Positions 23,401 through 36,349 of a DNA stretch of 62,790 nucleotides are shown piece by piece. The notes beneath the pieces were generated by a model that was not told the origin of the DNA, searched no databases, and worked only from the letters and a program-made list of their open reading frames with translations. A program made the position numbers and the translations under genes. The stretch's first letter is position 1, and each line of letters opens with the position of its first letter. Origin of the DNA: Chiloscyllium plagiosum (Eukaryota); NCBI RefSeq assembly GCF_004010195.1, contig NC_057760.1:3800901-3863690 (forward strand), in the 5' to 3' direction.

Positions 23401-26314
23401 CTGGGAGGCGATACCCTATTGGTATTATCACTGGACAATAATTCTGGCAAGCCCAGGTAACGGACTTGAATTTCACCATGGTAAATGATAAAACTTTAAT
23501 TTTAAAGGAAATCTGATATGAAGGAGGGGAGACCATCTGGTTCATTAACTAGAGAAAGGACAAGTCTAGGTATGACTCCAGACCCACAGCAATGCAGTTA
23601 AATCTTAACAACCCTTTGGGCTATTAATGAAAGATTCAAAAAGACAGCTCACCACCCATCACCTTCTCAAGAGTAATTAGGGATAGGCAATGAAATAAAA
23701 AAACACCGTAGATGGAAAAAGGTCACCAGACCCGAAACATTAACTTTGATTTCTCTTCACAGATGATGCCAGACCTGCTGAGTTTTTCCAACAAAGTCTG
23801 TTTTTTTTTCCCTGACTTACAGCATCAGCAGATCTTTTGGTTTTTATTACAGGTAATGAAATGCTGGCCAGGCAGCTATGTCTATGACCAATGAATTAAA
23901 AACAACATTAAGAGGTGTTCAGAACTGGGGACAATTTTGACAGGATAAAGAAGGGTGTATGTAGTAACTAGGAGTTGCAATTTCAAGATTGTAAGCAAGA
24001 CAGCCAGGAGTGAGATGAAGAGAAACCTCTTTACTCAGGGGGTTAATAGGATTTGCAATGAACTGCGTAGGAGGTTGCAAAGGACAGATATTATATGTTT
24101 GAAAGTGATGAATTTAGAGGGCGACTTGAATAGCCTGGAGAGTGGAACCAGCTGTTTTGGGAGCAGGTACAGACTCGATGGGTCGAACGGCCTCCTTCTG
24201 CACTGTAAAATTCTCTGATTCTAATTCTAATGATTGTTTTAAAAATGCAGTTCGTGGGGTGGTCCTTTGGTCCTAAGGGGAAAAGCAATGAGTTGGCTTT
24301 CACCACCGATCACTATTACTGGCCCCTGCAGAATGTTGTGGACAGGATCAGGCTTGGCCCATAGTGAAGCAACCCATTAATAAAGGGTTGTTTATGTGCC
24401 CAACTGGGGATTTAGATCAGATATGGGAGGCGGCCAGTGCCATGTAACAGTGTTATTGCGTTCAGCTTTCAGGTAACCAGGCAAAGGAGTGTCAGGAGAC
24501 TGATGAAATTTGACACAAATGCAGAGTGCTGGGGAAAAAAAATGCAAGTAGTTGAAGACTATTTAAAAGCAAAGTCACCAACTGTAGCTGTGATTTGGAG
24601 GAGCCGGTGTTGGACTGGGGTGTACAAAGTTAAAAATCACACAACACCAGGTTATAGTCCAACAGGTTTATTTGGAAGCACTAGCTTTCAGAGCGCTGCT
24701 CCTTCATCCGAAAGCTGGTGCTTTTATATAAACCTGTAGGAATATTACCTGGTGTTGGGTGATTTTTAACTTTAGCTGGTAGTGATTGCATTGTGCAGAG
24801 CAGTAAATGTTGATTCGTTACAGAGCAAGCAGCCCTCCTCTGGACTTGCCCCTTTAGTAAAACATCCCACAATATGGAAATGCAAAGCAGCACTGACTCA
24901 AAAGTCATGAAATATTCATGCCCGGAAGAAGCGCCGATACTAACCAATACCACCCACCCCCACTCTCTGTTGTGTTGCTTCCCCACCCCGGGCGACGCCT
25001 GATGGCGTCAATCCTCTCACTGTGCTTTTGATGAACAATTCTGACGCGAGTTGATACAAATCAGAAAAATATATTCACACCAGCCACCCTTAAGGAATGC
25101 CTTCCCGCGCTAATAGACCTGTTTGCCCACACTAACTTAGCTGAGCGGGTCCCTCAATGTGCGGCAACACTGAGACGTGGTTAGAGTGAAGTTAAAATAA
25201 AAGCAGAGGGACCTGGAGAAACCCCAGCAGCTTCTTTTGAGAGAGTAAAGTCGTTTCAACTTCGTTTTTCTCTCTCCACAGAAGCTGCCAGACCTGCTGA
25301 GTTTCTCCAGCAGTTTTTATTTATTGTGATGATTGTGAGAAAAAGCTTGCGATCAAGTCACTTGAAGGTGGTCTTAACAGCCGTGGATTTTATACTTGGT
25401 GGAGAGAGCGGGTCCACAAAGCGAGCGTGAGCCCTCAAAATACAGGAACACAGAGACCACCATCAATCACCAATCATTTACAGAGGTGTCTCTGGTCAGG
25501 GGGAGACTGGGTGGGGGGACTTCACCATCGCTGAAGGGACTTACAGAGAAACAAAGTTCAAAATCACACAACACCAGGTTATAGTCCAACAGGTTTAATT
25601 GGAAGCACACTAGCTTCCGGAGCGACACTCCTTCATCACCTGATGTACACCCGAGTCCAACACCGGCATCTCCAAATCATGACCACTGAGAAACATCTGA
25701 TCTCCAGCATCTGCAGTCCTCACTTTCTCCTACTGACAAACAGCCTCTTTAACACCACGTCAGTCCTCGAAACAAAAAGGGGGAGAATTACCCCCTAGAG
25801 GCCAGGGCTGAATCTAATTCCTTCGGAAAACCCTTATCTCTCCCGAAAGCAACTGTCCATCCACGGATTGTTCATACAATAAATCCCTTTTTTAACCACC
25901 CAGCCGCCAGTTTGTATTATACCCGGTTATTTACCGGTTAAACATTTCCGGCGGTGTTTTCTTTTTCGCTCACACTCTCCCACTTTCCTTACAAACCACA
26001 CACAGGTCGGAGAGACATAACTCTATGTGGCTTTGTCCACAGCTAATTCAGAAGAAGCAATCCCAGCAGATTTCAGGACTTTTGTAATCCGCCCTTTATC
26101 TAATATTCCCATTTCTTTGGTGCAGGCACGTTTTCCCATGTAGTTTTGGTCCCGCTGTTCCCATATTTTTGCTGCACTAATTCCAGGCTCACCTTTCTCC
26201 CGACAGGTGACGTTTCCCTTGGAAAAGCACAAACCTCCCCGAAGGTGTGAAGCTTTCCCGGGCACACACTAACCCACGTTCTCGCCTCCCCCAGCCCCAA
26301 TCGCCAGGTCTCAC

Positions 26315-26372
26315 CTGCTCCGAGGTAGAGCCCCAACAGCAGAAGAGCGGAGCTTTGGCGTCGCGGCTTCAT
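26315..26372 (-). CDS. MUC1: MUC1-like mucin, coding exon 1 (signal peptide MKPRRQSSALLLLGLYLGA + 1 nt)
   Basis: ATG at 26372, basic N-region then Leu-rich core, donor G|GTGAGA. 58 nt, phase 1, fits the phase-1 acceptor at 10062 (giving ...LGA-V-AVVHTA). Lies in a CpG-rich island with GC boxes upstream. Confidence 0.8.
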
Positions 26373-26439
26373 CGTAGAACAATCTGGGTCAAAATGTCGT
26401 TTCAAAACCATCAGTGCTCACAGAGCAGCTCCAGGACAG

Positions 26440-26530
26440 AATGAGGAGAGTCCGCCCACAAACAGGTACCAATACACCTGGAGGTGCCGCCCATATCTAC
26501 AATAAACTCCACCCCGTCCCCCCCCCCCCA
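26440..26530 (-). promoter_or_regulatory. Putative MUC1-like proximal promoter (GC boxes, E-box, G-run)
   Basis: GGGCGG on the minus strand at 26452-26457 and 26487-26492, CAGGTG at 26475-26480, CpG-rich, 70-150 nt upstream of the ATG. Confidence 0.5.
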
Positions 26531-26782
26531 CCGCTGGGAAAAAAATACAGCTCCCCGCTGGAATAAAACCCCACCCGATTTGAAAAAAAAACACAACATT
26601 AACTACCCTCACGCCTCCAAATAGCTGGAACTGGTACTGCACCATTGGGGTGTACCTCATGAATAAGCCCACTGCACCTGACCAAGTCCATACCTGAGAG
26701 CCAGCTGCACAAGGTTCAGGAACACATCTAGAACATATCACACACTGAAAAGGCCCATACCTGGTACCAGATAGATCCAGAG

Positions 26783-27188
26783 CCGGAGTATCATACAGCA
26801 CTGAAATAGTCCCGTCCAGGCTGACCAGACACCCCAACCTGACCTTAGTCTCGTTTGCCAACATTTGGCCCATATCCCTTTCAACCTTTCTTATTTATAA
26901 AGCCATCCAGATGCCTATTAAATGTTGTAATTGTACCTGCGCCCATCACTTCCTATGACAGCTCATTTCATGCACACCAGCCTCAGAGTGAAGTAATTTC
27001 CCCTCAGATCCTTTTTAAAATCTTACCCTTCTCACCTTAAACCAATGCCCTCTAGTTTTGGACTCCCACACCCTAGGAAAAACACCCTGTTTATTCATCC
27101 TATCCATGCCCCTCATGGGTTTATAAACCTCTATAAGGTCACCCCTCAGCCTCCAACAGTCCAGGGAAGAAAGGACCCAGGCTATTCA
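26783..27188 (-). mobile_element. CR1 3' end
   Basis: Reverse complement of the CR1 3' terminus seen elsewhere in the window. Confidence 0.8.
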
Positions 27189-27304
27189 TTCCTGGACAAA
27201 TCCAGAACTGAAAACTTACTCTTGGACATATCCAGAATTAAAAGACACCCACTCCTGGACAGATCCAGACTGGGACATGGCCAACTCCTGACAATAGCCA
27301 ACAA

Positions 27305-27897
27305 CTTATCCTGGACTTCTCACACAGGTGTAATGGTCAAGAAGGCACAACAATGTGTTTTCTTCTTCAGACGGCTCAGGAAATTTGGCACGTCCATAAG
27401 CTTTCTCACAAATCTTTACAGGTGCACGATCGAAAGCGTACTGTCCAGGTGCATAACGTTTGTATAGGAACTGCCCAGAACCATAAGAAACTACAGAAAG
27501 TTGTGTGTACATCCCAGACCATCACGGAAGCCAATCGTCCATCTATGGACTCCATTTATTCAGCTTGTTGCCGCAGAAAGGCAGCCAGCATCATTAAAGA
27601 CCCATTGCACCCTGGTAATGATCTTCTGCAACCTCTTCCGTCAGGCAGAAGATACTGAAGCTTGAACACATCAGCAGGCTCAGGAACAGCTTCTCCCAGC
27701 TGTTATTAGACTGATGAATGGAGTCTCTAACTTCAAATAATGTTGATCTTGCCTAGCACATGCCTGTGCAACGTAACCTGTGTGCCTCTAAGTTTTTACA
27801 TGTATGATCTGTATCCTTGATCTGCCTGTAGTACTCATAAACAAAGCTTTTCACTGTGCTTTGGTTTGTGTGATGATGAATGAATCAATGAATCAAT
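27305..27897 (+). mobile_element. Rex1/Babar-like LINE 3' end
   Basis: KKAQQ..FFRRLRKF, LYRCTIESVL, IIKDPLHPG, LPSGRRY, and a (GAAT/CAAT)n tail. Confidence 0.8.
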
Positions 27898-29488
27898 CCA
27901 GGACTAAAACACACCCATGCCTGGATAGATCCAGGACTGAAACACACCTCCTCCTGGATAAATCTAGGACTAAAACATAGTCACTCCTGGACAGATCTAG
28001 AATTGAACCACACCCAATCCTTGACAGATGCAGAACTTGGGCATACCCACATCATAATAGATCCAGACCTAAAACAGAGGAGACCCACAAAAGTTGGAAC
28101 AAACCAACAAGTGAATCTGCACAGACTCGAATATGAAACAGTAACACACCTGTAAGGTCCCACAACTGGAGAAGTCCCAAACCTGAAACAGATCCACTCC
28201 TGAAAGAGAAGCCCAGCAGACCTGCATGTGGAACAGGTTCATACCTGGAACTAACTCTCAGAGGAAATGGAACTGCTGTGTTTCAGAACCACACACATCC
28301 ACACCTGGAAGAATCTATACCTAAAACTAAAAGGTACTAGAAGCAGGTCAACACATGGAACAGTTCCCCAACCAATTACACCATACTACAACAGACAGAG
28401 ACTCAAAAAGCCACATCAAGATCATAGACTTCCAGGCCTCAAAGAGAACAAACCCTCAGCAGACCCTCATCTGGAATACACTCACATCTAGAATAAAACA
28501 CTTCCAGAGTTGAACGAACACACACACACACACACACGGAAGTGAATACAACTGGAACAAATTTCCAGCTGCAGCAACAACAAACACTGGGAAAACATTC
28601 CACTTGTAGCACACTCCTAGCTAGATAACACTCACACTGAGAATAGACCCACACCAAGTACAGACATGGACCAGGTTCAGCAACACATCAGGATCTGACT
28701 CACACCAGAAATGGACTTCATTTTAAACAATCCTGCACCTGAAATAATTATTCCTGCTTATATATCTTCCTCAATGTTTTTAACATTATATCTAGTGTCT
28801 AAATAGAAACTGTTCTGCCATTATGGATGCTGTCATGCAAACTAAACTACACTTAACTAAGTCTTCAAGTTCACTAAAGAAAGGAACCTGATTGAATAGC
28901 AGCAAAGATGCAAAATGGGTAGAAATGCATACCTTGCTGTTTTGAAGATCCACCCTCTAAATAGTTGGATTATTTAAACTGGAGAGCAGATGTGTGATGA
29001 CATATGTGGATAGCATTAATGATTCCTTTTATTTTCTGTCCTTACTATATTTAATTTTTACAGTGCATCTCTTGCCTCCTCAGGACTTCTGAACATTCCT
29101 GATGACAAAGGAGTTTGTTTTGAATTAGCTCGATGGCTAATATGGCATCTTAGGCCCTCCAACTAGCAGTTATACTGTTTGTTGAGGTGAATGTTGGTCA
29201 CAACACCAGGAGGACTGTTTTTGAATAACACCAATGTGATCTTTTACATGATTTAACTGCGAGTTGGAATATCTGTTTAGAGTACTTCCAAAAGACAGTA
29301 TTTCTGAAAATGCAGCACTCCCTCAGTTACTGGAGTATTGAATACATGACAGTATCGAGTAACATCTGTGTGACAATTTTAGATATAAATAGTTCATTAT
29401 CCAAATATTTAAATGTAGCTGCATTGTATTTATTTAGGTGCCAACGCCCTCTTGTGGCACAATGGTAGTGTCCGTACCCTGGACCAGG

Positions 29489-29696
29489 AGTCTCAGTTTC
29501 AAGGAGAAAGTGAGGTCTGCAGATGCTGGAGATCAGAGCCGGAGATGTGTTGCTGGAAAAGCGCAGCAGGTCAGGCAGCATCCAGGGAACAGGAGAATCG
29601 ATGTTTCGGGCAGCAGGGGCTTATGCCCGAAACGTCGATTCTCCTGTTCCCTGGATGCTGCCTGACCTGCTGCGCTTTTCCAGTCTCAGTTTCAAG
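29489..29696. mobile_element. PLE-derived fold-back short element with 15-bp TSD
   Basis: Inverted repeat. TSD agtctcagtttcaag at 29489-29503 and 29682-29696. Confidence 0.85.
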
Positions 29697-31172
29697 TCCC
29701 ACCTGCTCCAGAGATGTGTAATAACATCTCTAAACAGGTTGATTAGAAAATAGGTTAGATAATAATTTTTAAAAATGCTTCACCTAGGGCTCTTGTGGTG
29801 CAGTGGGAGTGTTCTTTCCTTCAGCCAGAAGGCCTGCATTCAACTCCTCCCTGCTCCAGAAGTTTATCATAACATTTCTCAACAGGAATTAAAAATACCT
29901 GAACACTTTGCCAAGCTCTCTTGTTTTGCAGTAGTAATGCCCTATCTCCAAGCCAGGAGACCTTGGTTGAAGTCCCACCTGCACCAGAACTATGTAATAA
30001 AATCTCTGAACAAGTTGTTTAGAAAATACTTAAAGAGATAAACGCTTTACCTCACAGGATGGAACTAGGCTCCCCGTTAGCTGGGTGCAGATGCAATGCA
30101 CACATTCAATTCCTGGTCTGTTCTGAGTTAATCTTAGCTATAGTGAGTATGAGGCTTCGACGGGAACAGGGATGAGAACCTTGCAGATGGATAAATTGCT
30201 TTTACAAGTTTGGAGATCATGATGTGGAGGTGCCTTCATCAGGAGCACTGCTCTGAAAGCTCATACATCCAAACAAACCTGTTCGACTATAACTTGGTGT
30301 TGTGTGATTTTTAGTGTGGAGATGGGAGCTGTGAGGTTAAAATTGCACACAACAGGTGATGAGCTGAATCCTATCCCTGATGTCCTCAGCACAGAGCTCC
30401 CAGCAGGGATCTTTGGAGAGCACTCAGAAATTCTGGCTAATTTATTTTCTTACATGCCCAGGTTGCAGAAGTCATGTGCCTTTTTAACTGCTGTGCAGCT
30501 GAAATCAGCTGAGCAAGGTTTACAGGCACTACATGAAAACCTCCAGGTGTGACCACACGACATCCATGCACTGAGGTACCAGTGATGCTTCTGTTGCTGA
30601 TAGAAGAACATGAGTCTAATGGTTTCAACAGGAGAGGCAGGTCATTGGTACATTTTGTCCATGTTTTGTTTCATGGTGAATAATTTAAAAACAATTTGTT
30701 TCTAGTGTTCTGTTCACCCAGAGTGGAGCAGCTACAGTCCCAACATCAAAGTAAATGTTAGCAGATCCGGTTCCTTGACACTTGGCTGTGAGCCACTCAC
30801 CTTTCAGAAGTGGAGTCACATTTAGATCTGGAGCTGATTAAATCTCAAAATGTACTTATACCTCCCCCAGGTGGTAATATTCAAATTCACAAACTGTAAC
30901 CTTGGGCAAAAGACATTACGGGGAGGCAGTGACATAGTGGTAATCGAAATCCAAAGTCACCAGTCTCCAGGGCATGGGTCTGATTCCCATGAGGAAATGT
31001 AAATTAATTTTAAAAAAATACTGGAATTAAAAGTTATTCTAATGTTGACTAGGTAACCACTATCAATTGCTGTAAAACACCACCTGGTGACTAATAAAAT
31101 GCCCGTTAGGGAAAGACATCTTCAGTCCTTACCTGGTCTGGTCTACATGTGACTCCAGACCTACAAAGATGT

Positions 31173-31915
31173 CATAGAGTCATAGAGATGTACAGCATGG
31201 AAATAGACCCTTCGGTCCAACTTGTCCAATCCGACTAGGCATCCCAACCCAATCTAGTCCCACCTGCCAGCACCCGGCCTATATCCCTCCAAACCGTTCG
31301 TATTCATATACCCATCCAAATCCCTTTGAAATTTTGCAAACGTACTAGCCTCCGCCATTTCCTCTGGCAGCTCATTCCATACATGTACCACCCTCAGTGT
31401 GAAAAAGTTGCCCCTTAGGTCTCTTTTATATCTTTCCCCTCTCACCTTAAACCTATGCCCTCTAGTTTTGGACTCCCCCACCCCAGAGAAAAGACCTTGT
31501 CTATTTACCCTATCCATGCCTCTCATGATTTTGTAAACCTCTATAAGGTCACCCCTCAGCCTCTGACGTTCCAGGGAAAACAGCCCTAGCCTATTCAGCA
31601 TCTCCCTATAGCTCAAATCCTTGTAAATCTTTTCTGAACCCTTTCAACTTTCACAACATCATTCCAATAGGAAGGAGACCAGAATTGCACGCAATATTCC
31701 AATAGTGGCTGAACCAATGTCCTGTACAATGCAACATGGCCTCCCAACTCCTGTACTCAATAGTCTGACCAATAAAAGAAAGCATACCAAACACCTTCTT
31801 CACTATCCTATCTACCTGTGACTCCACTTTCAAGGAGCTATGAACCTGCACTCCAAGGTCTCTTTGTTCAGCAACACTCCCTAGGACCTTACCATTAAGT
31901 GTGTTAAGTCCTGCT
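31173..31915 (-). mobile_element. CR1 LINE 3' fragment
   Basis: ORFs 31254..31616 and 31651..31962 (QRDLGVQVH, LRGDLIEVYKIM). Confidence 0.9.
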
Positions 31916-32039
31916 AAACCAAAAGAGAAAATGCTGGAAAGTCTCAGCAGGTCTGGCAGCATCTGTAAGGAGAGAAAAGAGCTGATGTTTTGAGTCTAAC
32001 TGACTCTTTCAAATTCCAGGACAAACCAATCTACTTGAC

Positions 32040-32370
32040 TGGCACCACATCTTCAAACATTCAATTCCTCCCCCACTGACACTCAGTAACAGCAGTGTGT
32101 ACTATCTACAAGATGCACTGCAGAAATTCACCAAAGATCCTTAGACAGCACCTTCTAAACCCACCACCACCTCCATCTAGAAGGAAATACACTGTTGTTC
32201 CTTCACAGTCATTGGGTCAAAATCCTGGAATTCTCTCTCTACTGGCACTGTGGGTGACCCCACAGCAAGTGGACTGCAGCGATTCAAGAAGGCAGCTCAC
32301 CCCCATCTTCTCAAGGGCAAACAGGGATGGGCTATCAGTGCTGGCCCAGCCAGTCCCACAAACAAATAAA
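32040..32370 (+). mobile_element. Old LINE-3'-end/SINE repeat (related copies at 23410-23690, 30920-31170, 32650-32810, 39150-39810, 42270-42435)
   Basis: Recurrent shared segments (gggtcaaaatcctggaatt, aaggcagctcaccacc, agggatgggcaataa). Family not assigned. Confidence 0.55.
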
Positions 32371-33029
32371 AAAGTCAAGATCATTGACATTTCATTGTTG
32401 ATCCTGAGGAAAGCTCTCCAACTTTCAGCTGTTAACTGTTTCTCTCTGTGTGGCTCCTGAGTATTTGCAGCATTTTCTGTTTTAATTTTAGACTTCCAGC
32501 ACAGCAGCCTTTTGTTTTTAGTATTTCAGAAGAGGTATTTTGTATTCTCCCTTCTGTTGAGAGCATCAATTCAAATAGCCTCTCATAAGCTGGATCTGCC
32601 ATTCATGAACTGAAACCTCCCCTTTACAATCCTTCACTGCGTAAACCTCGCTTTCACTGGGTCAAATTCTGGATTTCCCTCCTTCAGGGCATTGTGGGTT
32701 AACCTACAGCATGTGGCCAGCAGCAGTTGAAGACAGCAGCTCACCACCAAGAGATCAAGGGATGGGCAATAATCGCTGGCCCAGCCAGCAGTGCCCAAGT
32801 CCCTGAATTAATAAAATAAACCAACAGGCAATCACTGACTTTAAGTGGCAATCACTAATTAAGTCTATTGCCAGTTATCACTGGAAATTATCAACAATAA
32901 CCATCAATCGTTGCCATTCACCAGCAATCGCCAATTACTTGTTTTCAACAGCAATTACTGGTGCTCATGAGTAATTGAAGAAAGTTACTGGATTTCACCA
33001 GGAATTGCCATAAACTCCTTGGTATTGGA

Positions 33030-35270
33030 AGATAAGGAGACTACAAAATTGAAAGAAAAAACATAAACTGTGGCAAAGATCAGTGCTAACCTTCAGGATT
33101 GAGAAAGATTTAAAAACCAACAAAAAATGGCCAAAAATTAATAAAGAGGGAGAAAGTAAACTTTGACGGTTAACTAACAAGTTTATTATATATATATATA
33201 TAAATAAACTAAATGATCCATTAAATATGTAAAAAGGAAGAAAATACCAATACTAACATCGGCTGCTTAGAGAATGGAGCTGGAGGAAGAACAAAATGGA
33301 GCCAGGAAATAGTGGAGGAATTGAATTAATACTTTGCATCGGTCGTCACACCAAAAAAAACACTAATAGCATTCCAAAAATACTAAATAATCAAGGGGAA
33401 AAGCAGGTGAGCAGGTGGGACCACCATGACCTCAACTGGTACAGGAATTGAACCTGTGCTGTTGGTAATAGGAAAAGCAAATGGATTTTTAGCTTTTATT
33501 TCAAAGGGAATGAGGATAAAATTAAAGAAGACTATATAAACTATACTATATAGCTAAAACTATACAAACATGAGTCAGCGCACACTTATAATACTGTGAA
33601 CAGTTTTGGGCCCCTTACCTAAGGAGATATATACCAGCATTGGAGGCAGAAACATCTCTGGGTTGATCCTGGGCAAGGATGGTTTTTTTTGTGAGGGGAA
33701 GTTGTGTAAGCTGGTCCATTCATTGGTGTTTAGAAGAGGAGACATTATTGAAATATAAAAGATTCTTGGGGACTTGACTAGGTAGATACAGAAATGTTGT
33801 TGCTCTGTTGGGAGAGGTTAGGACTGGAGGGCATAATCTCAGAATAAGCGGTCCCCCATTTGAGTCTGACATGTGGCCTCATTCATTCCTGATGAAGAGT
33901 TTTTGCCCGAAACATCGATTTTCCTGCTCCTTGGATGCTGCCTGACCTGCTGTGCCTTTCAGCACCACACTAATTTGGAGGAATTTCCTAGGTTTTAGTG
34001 AAACTATGGAATTCTTTACCACACAGGCCTGTCAAGACTGAGTCACTAAGTCTATTTAAGGAAGAGATGGACAGATTTTTAATCAGTAAGGGAATCAAGG
34101 TTTATGGAGAAAAGGCAGGAAAATTGAGTTGAGGATTATCAGGTCAGCCACGATCTCATTGAATTGCGGAACAGATTCAATGGGCTGAATAGTCTATTTC
34201 TGCCCCAACATCTCTCACTCTCACCAACAATAATTAATTCTCACAGAAAGGAAAGGGTTTTGGAGGTGGGATAGATAGGCTTACAAACCAAAAGGACATG
34301 GCAGTTTGCAGGGCAGTTATTTCGGTAATGATACCCAGAGTGGATAGGAAGAGGCATGAAGGAATTACAACAATTATTTATTCATGTCTGGCACTAAACA
34401 GGAAAGGTGGCCTGATTGTCTTCATATGGAATATGAGGATTATTAGATCTAAGGAAAGGCCATGCATATTGGCCCCTGAGGTGTGGGAGGACTTTAAATT
34501 TCAACAAAATAGGTTAGAAAGATTGACCAAGAAAGGGAAAATAGAGTACAACAGTAAGTTTGTTCAGAGAAAGTGATTAGTGAAAACAAATGTCGATCCC
34601 TTACAGTCAGAAACGGGGTAAGTTAGAATGTGGAACCAACTAAATACATCATTTGTTTTTATTTCCTAAAGGAGAATTCCAAAAACATTGAGGAACTGTT
34701 GGTCACATGGGAGGAACTGAAGGAAATCAGAATTAGTAGAAAAATAGTGTTGGGAATTTTATGGGTTTAAAGGCTCTTTTTAATCTACGTCCCAGAGTAC
34801 TTAAGGAAATGAACCAGAAATGATGGTTGCATTGGAACAGTTGCTGGATTGGAAGGTACGTTCTTTAACATTACTATTTTTAATAAAGAGGAAGAGTGAA
34901 AACAGATAATTATAAACTGGTTAGCCTGATGTAGAGTAGTAGGAAAAATGTGAGAATCTATAATAAAAGAATAAAGAATATCAGAGCATTTTGAAAACAG
35001 TGATAGAACTGAATAGAGTCAGCATGGATTTGTGAAAGGGAAATCATGCTTGACAAACCCGGAATTCTTCAAGGATGTAACTAGCAGAGTTGATAAGGGG
35101 AACCGTGAATGTGGTTGACTTGGATTTTCAGAAGGTTTTCAATAAGGTCTCACATAAAAGATTAGCATGTAAAATTAAAATACATGAGATTGGGGGTAGT
35201 ATACTGACATTGGTAGAGTGCTGAAAAAAAGAGTAGGAATCAACTGCTGTTTTTTGTCTGGAAAGCAGGC
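33030..35270 (+). mobile_element. Nested, degraded CR1 ORF2 fragments
   Basis: CR1 3' segment at 33465-34210 inside older fragments, including SQHGFVKGKSCLTN near 35020. Confidence 0.7.
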
Positions 35271-35339
35271 AGTTTAGGGTACACTGTTGCATACTGTGAA
35301 CTCGTGTTTTGTGAAGTAACTTTTCCTCTTTTTTTGAGG

Positions 35340-35855
35340 TAGGCCTTTGGGATTGCGGATGACTTGCTTCGATTCCAGTTCAGCGGGTTTCAGACAGGCT
35401 GTTAAATCCAACACATGGTCTGCAACTGTCAAATGTGAGCGAGATAGTGCTTTTGGGTCAGGTGGTTATGGGATTTGGAAAATTGTGCTCTCTCCAATGC
35501 CTTGACATGGCATCTGTGTTTCTGACAAAGTCTTGTGATGTGTTTGGTCCGTTCCCAAATTACCCATCTCCGTTTGGTCGCTCACAAGCTGAGCATTCCC
35601 AGGAGATGGCAGTGAGGTACTTTGTAGACATACCTAAAGAACTTGCACTGTCTACCTGGGAGACTTCTGCTGTGACTGGTACAGCAGTTGCTTTGAGGGT
35701 CTGTTGTCAGGCATACCAACAACATGCCCCACCCTACAGAACTGGTTTTAAATGATTAGCACCTCAGTGCAGGCCGTGTAGGAATGGAAAAAGACATTAG
35801 TATTGGACTGCCTTTCTTACAACTGAATTGAATCAATCTTACAAAGGCACTGCTG
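35340..35855 (-). mobile_element. RTE-type LINE 3' fragment (degraded)
   Basis: Minus strand reads GHVVGMPDNRPSKQLLY, like the RTE motif GHV.RM.D.R.PKQLLY. Confidence 0.55.
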
Positions 35856-35857
35856 GA

Positions 35858-35911
35858 AGTACTAGTTAATTGCGGTGAGTACTAGTTAATTGCGGTGAGT
35901 ACTAGTTAATT
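35858..35911. repeat. 20-bp tandem repeat, about 2.7 copies
   Basis: agtactagttaattgcggtg repeated perfectly. Confidence 0.9.
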
Positions 35912-36349
35912 TGCAGTAGATTACCCCTAAAGCACTTTGGACATATTAGGTGAAATCACATCAACAGTCCAGTTCAAAACTCCCAACCATGTACTGGCTG
36001 TATCCAGTCGAATGGTGAAGACAGACTTGACATGATTAAGTACCCCGAAAGGTGAATTTCATTGTCCTATCACAATAAATGAATCACTTGGACAAGCAAT
36101 GGCAGTTCCCTTGGTATTACCCAAAGCAGCTCTGCTCGTTCTAACTTCTTTCACACTTTCCCCAGAGTCTTTCACTATGAGGGTCGACTGTTATTGAGCA
36201 TGGAGAAGTTCTCTTTTTAATATCCTGTGCCACCTTTGGTTGTAACTGGGTATGTATGGGTCTATTCTGATCACATTCTCTCCAACACTGACCCTGCGTA
36301 TTCATAATCGCATTCTGGAAGGGGTTTTGACCTTATTATGAATTGCTCA

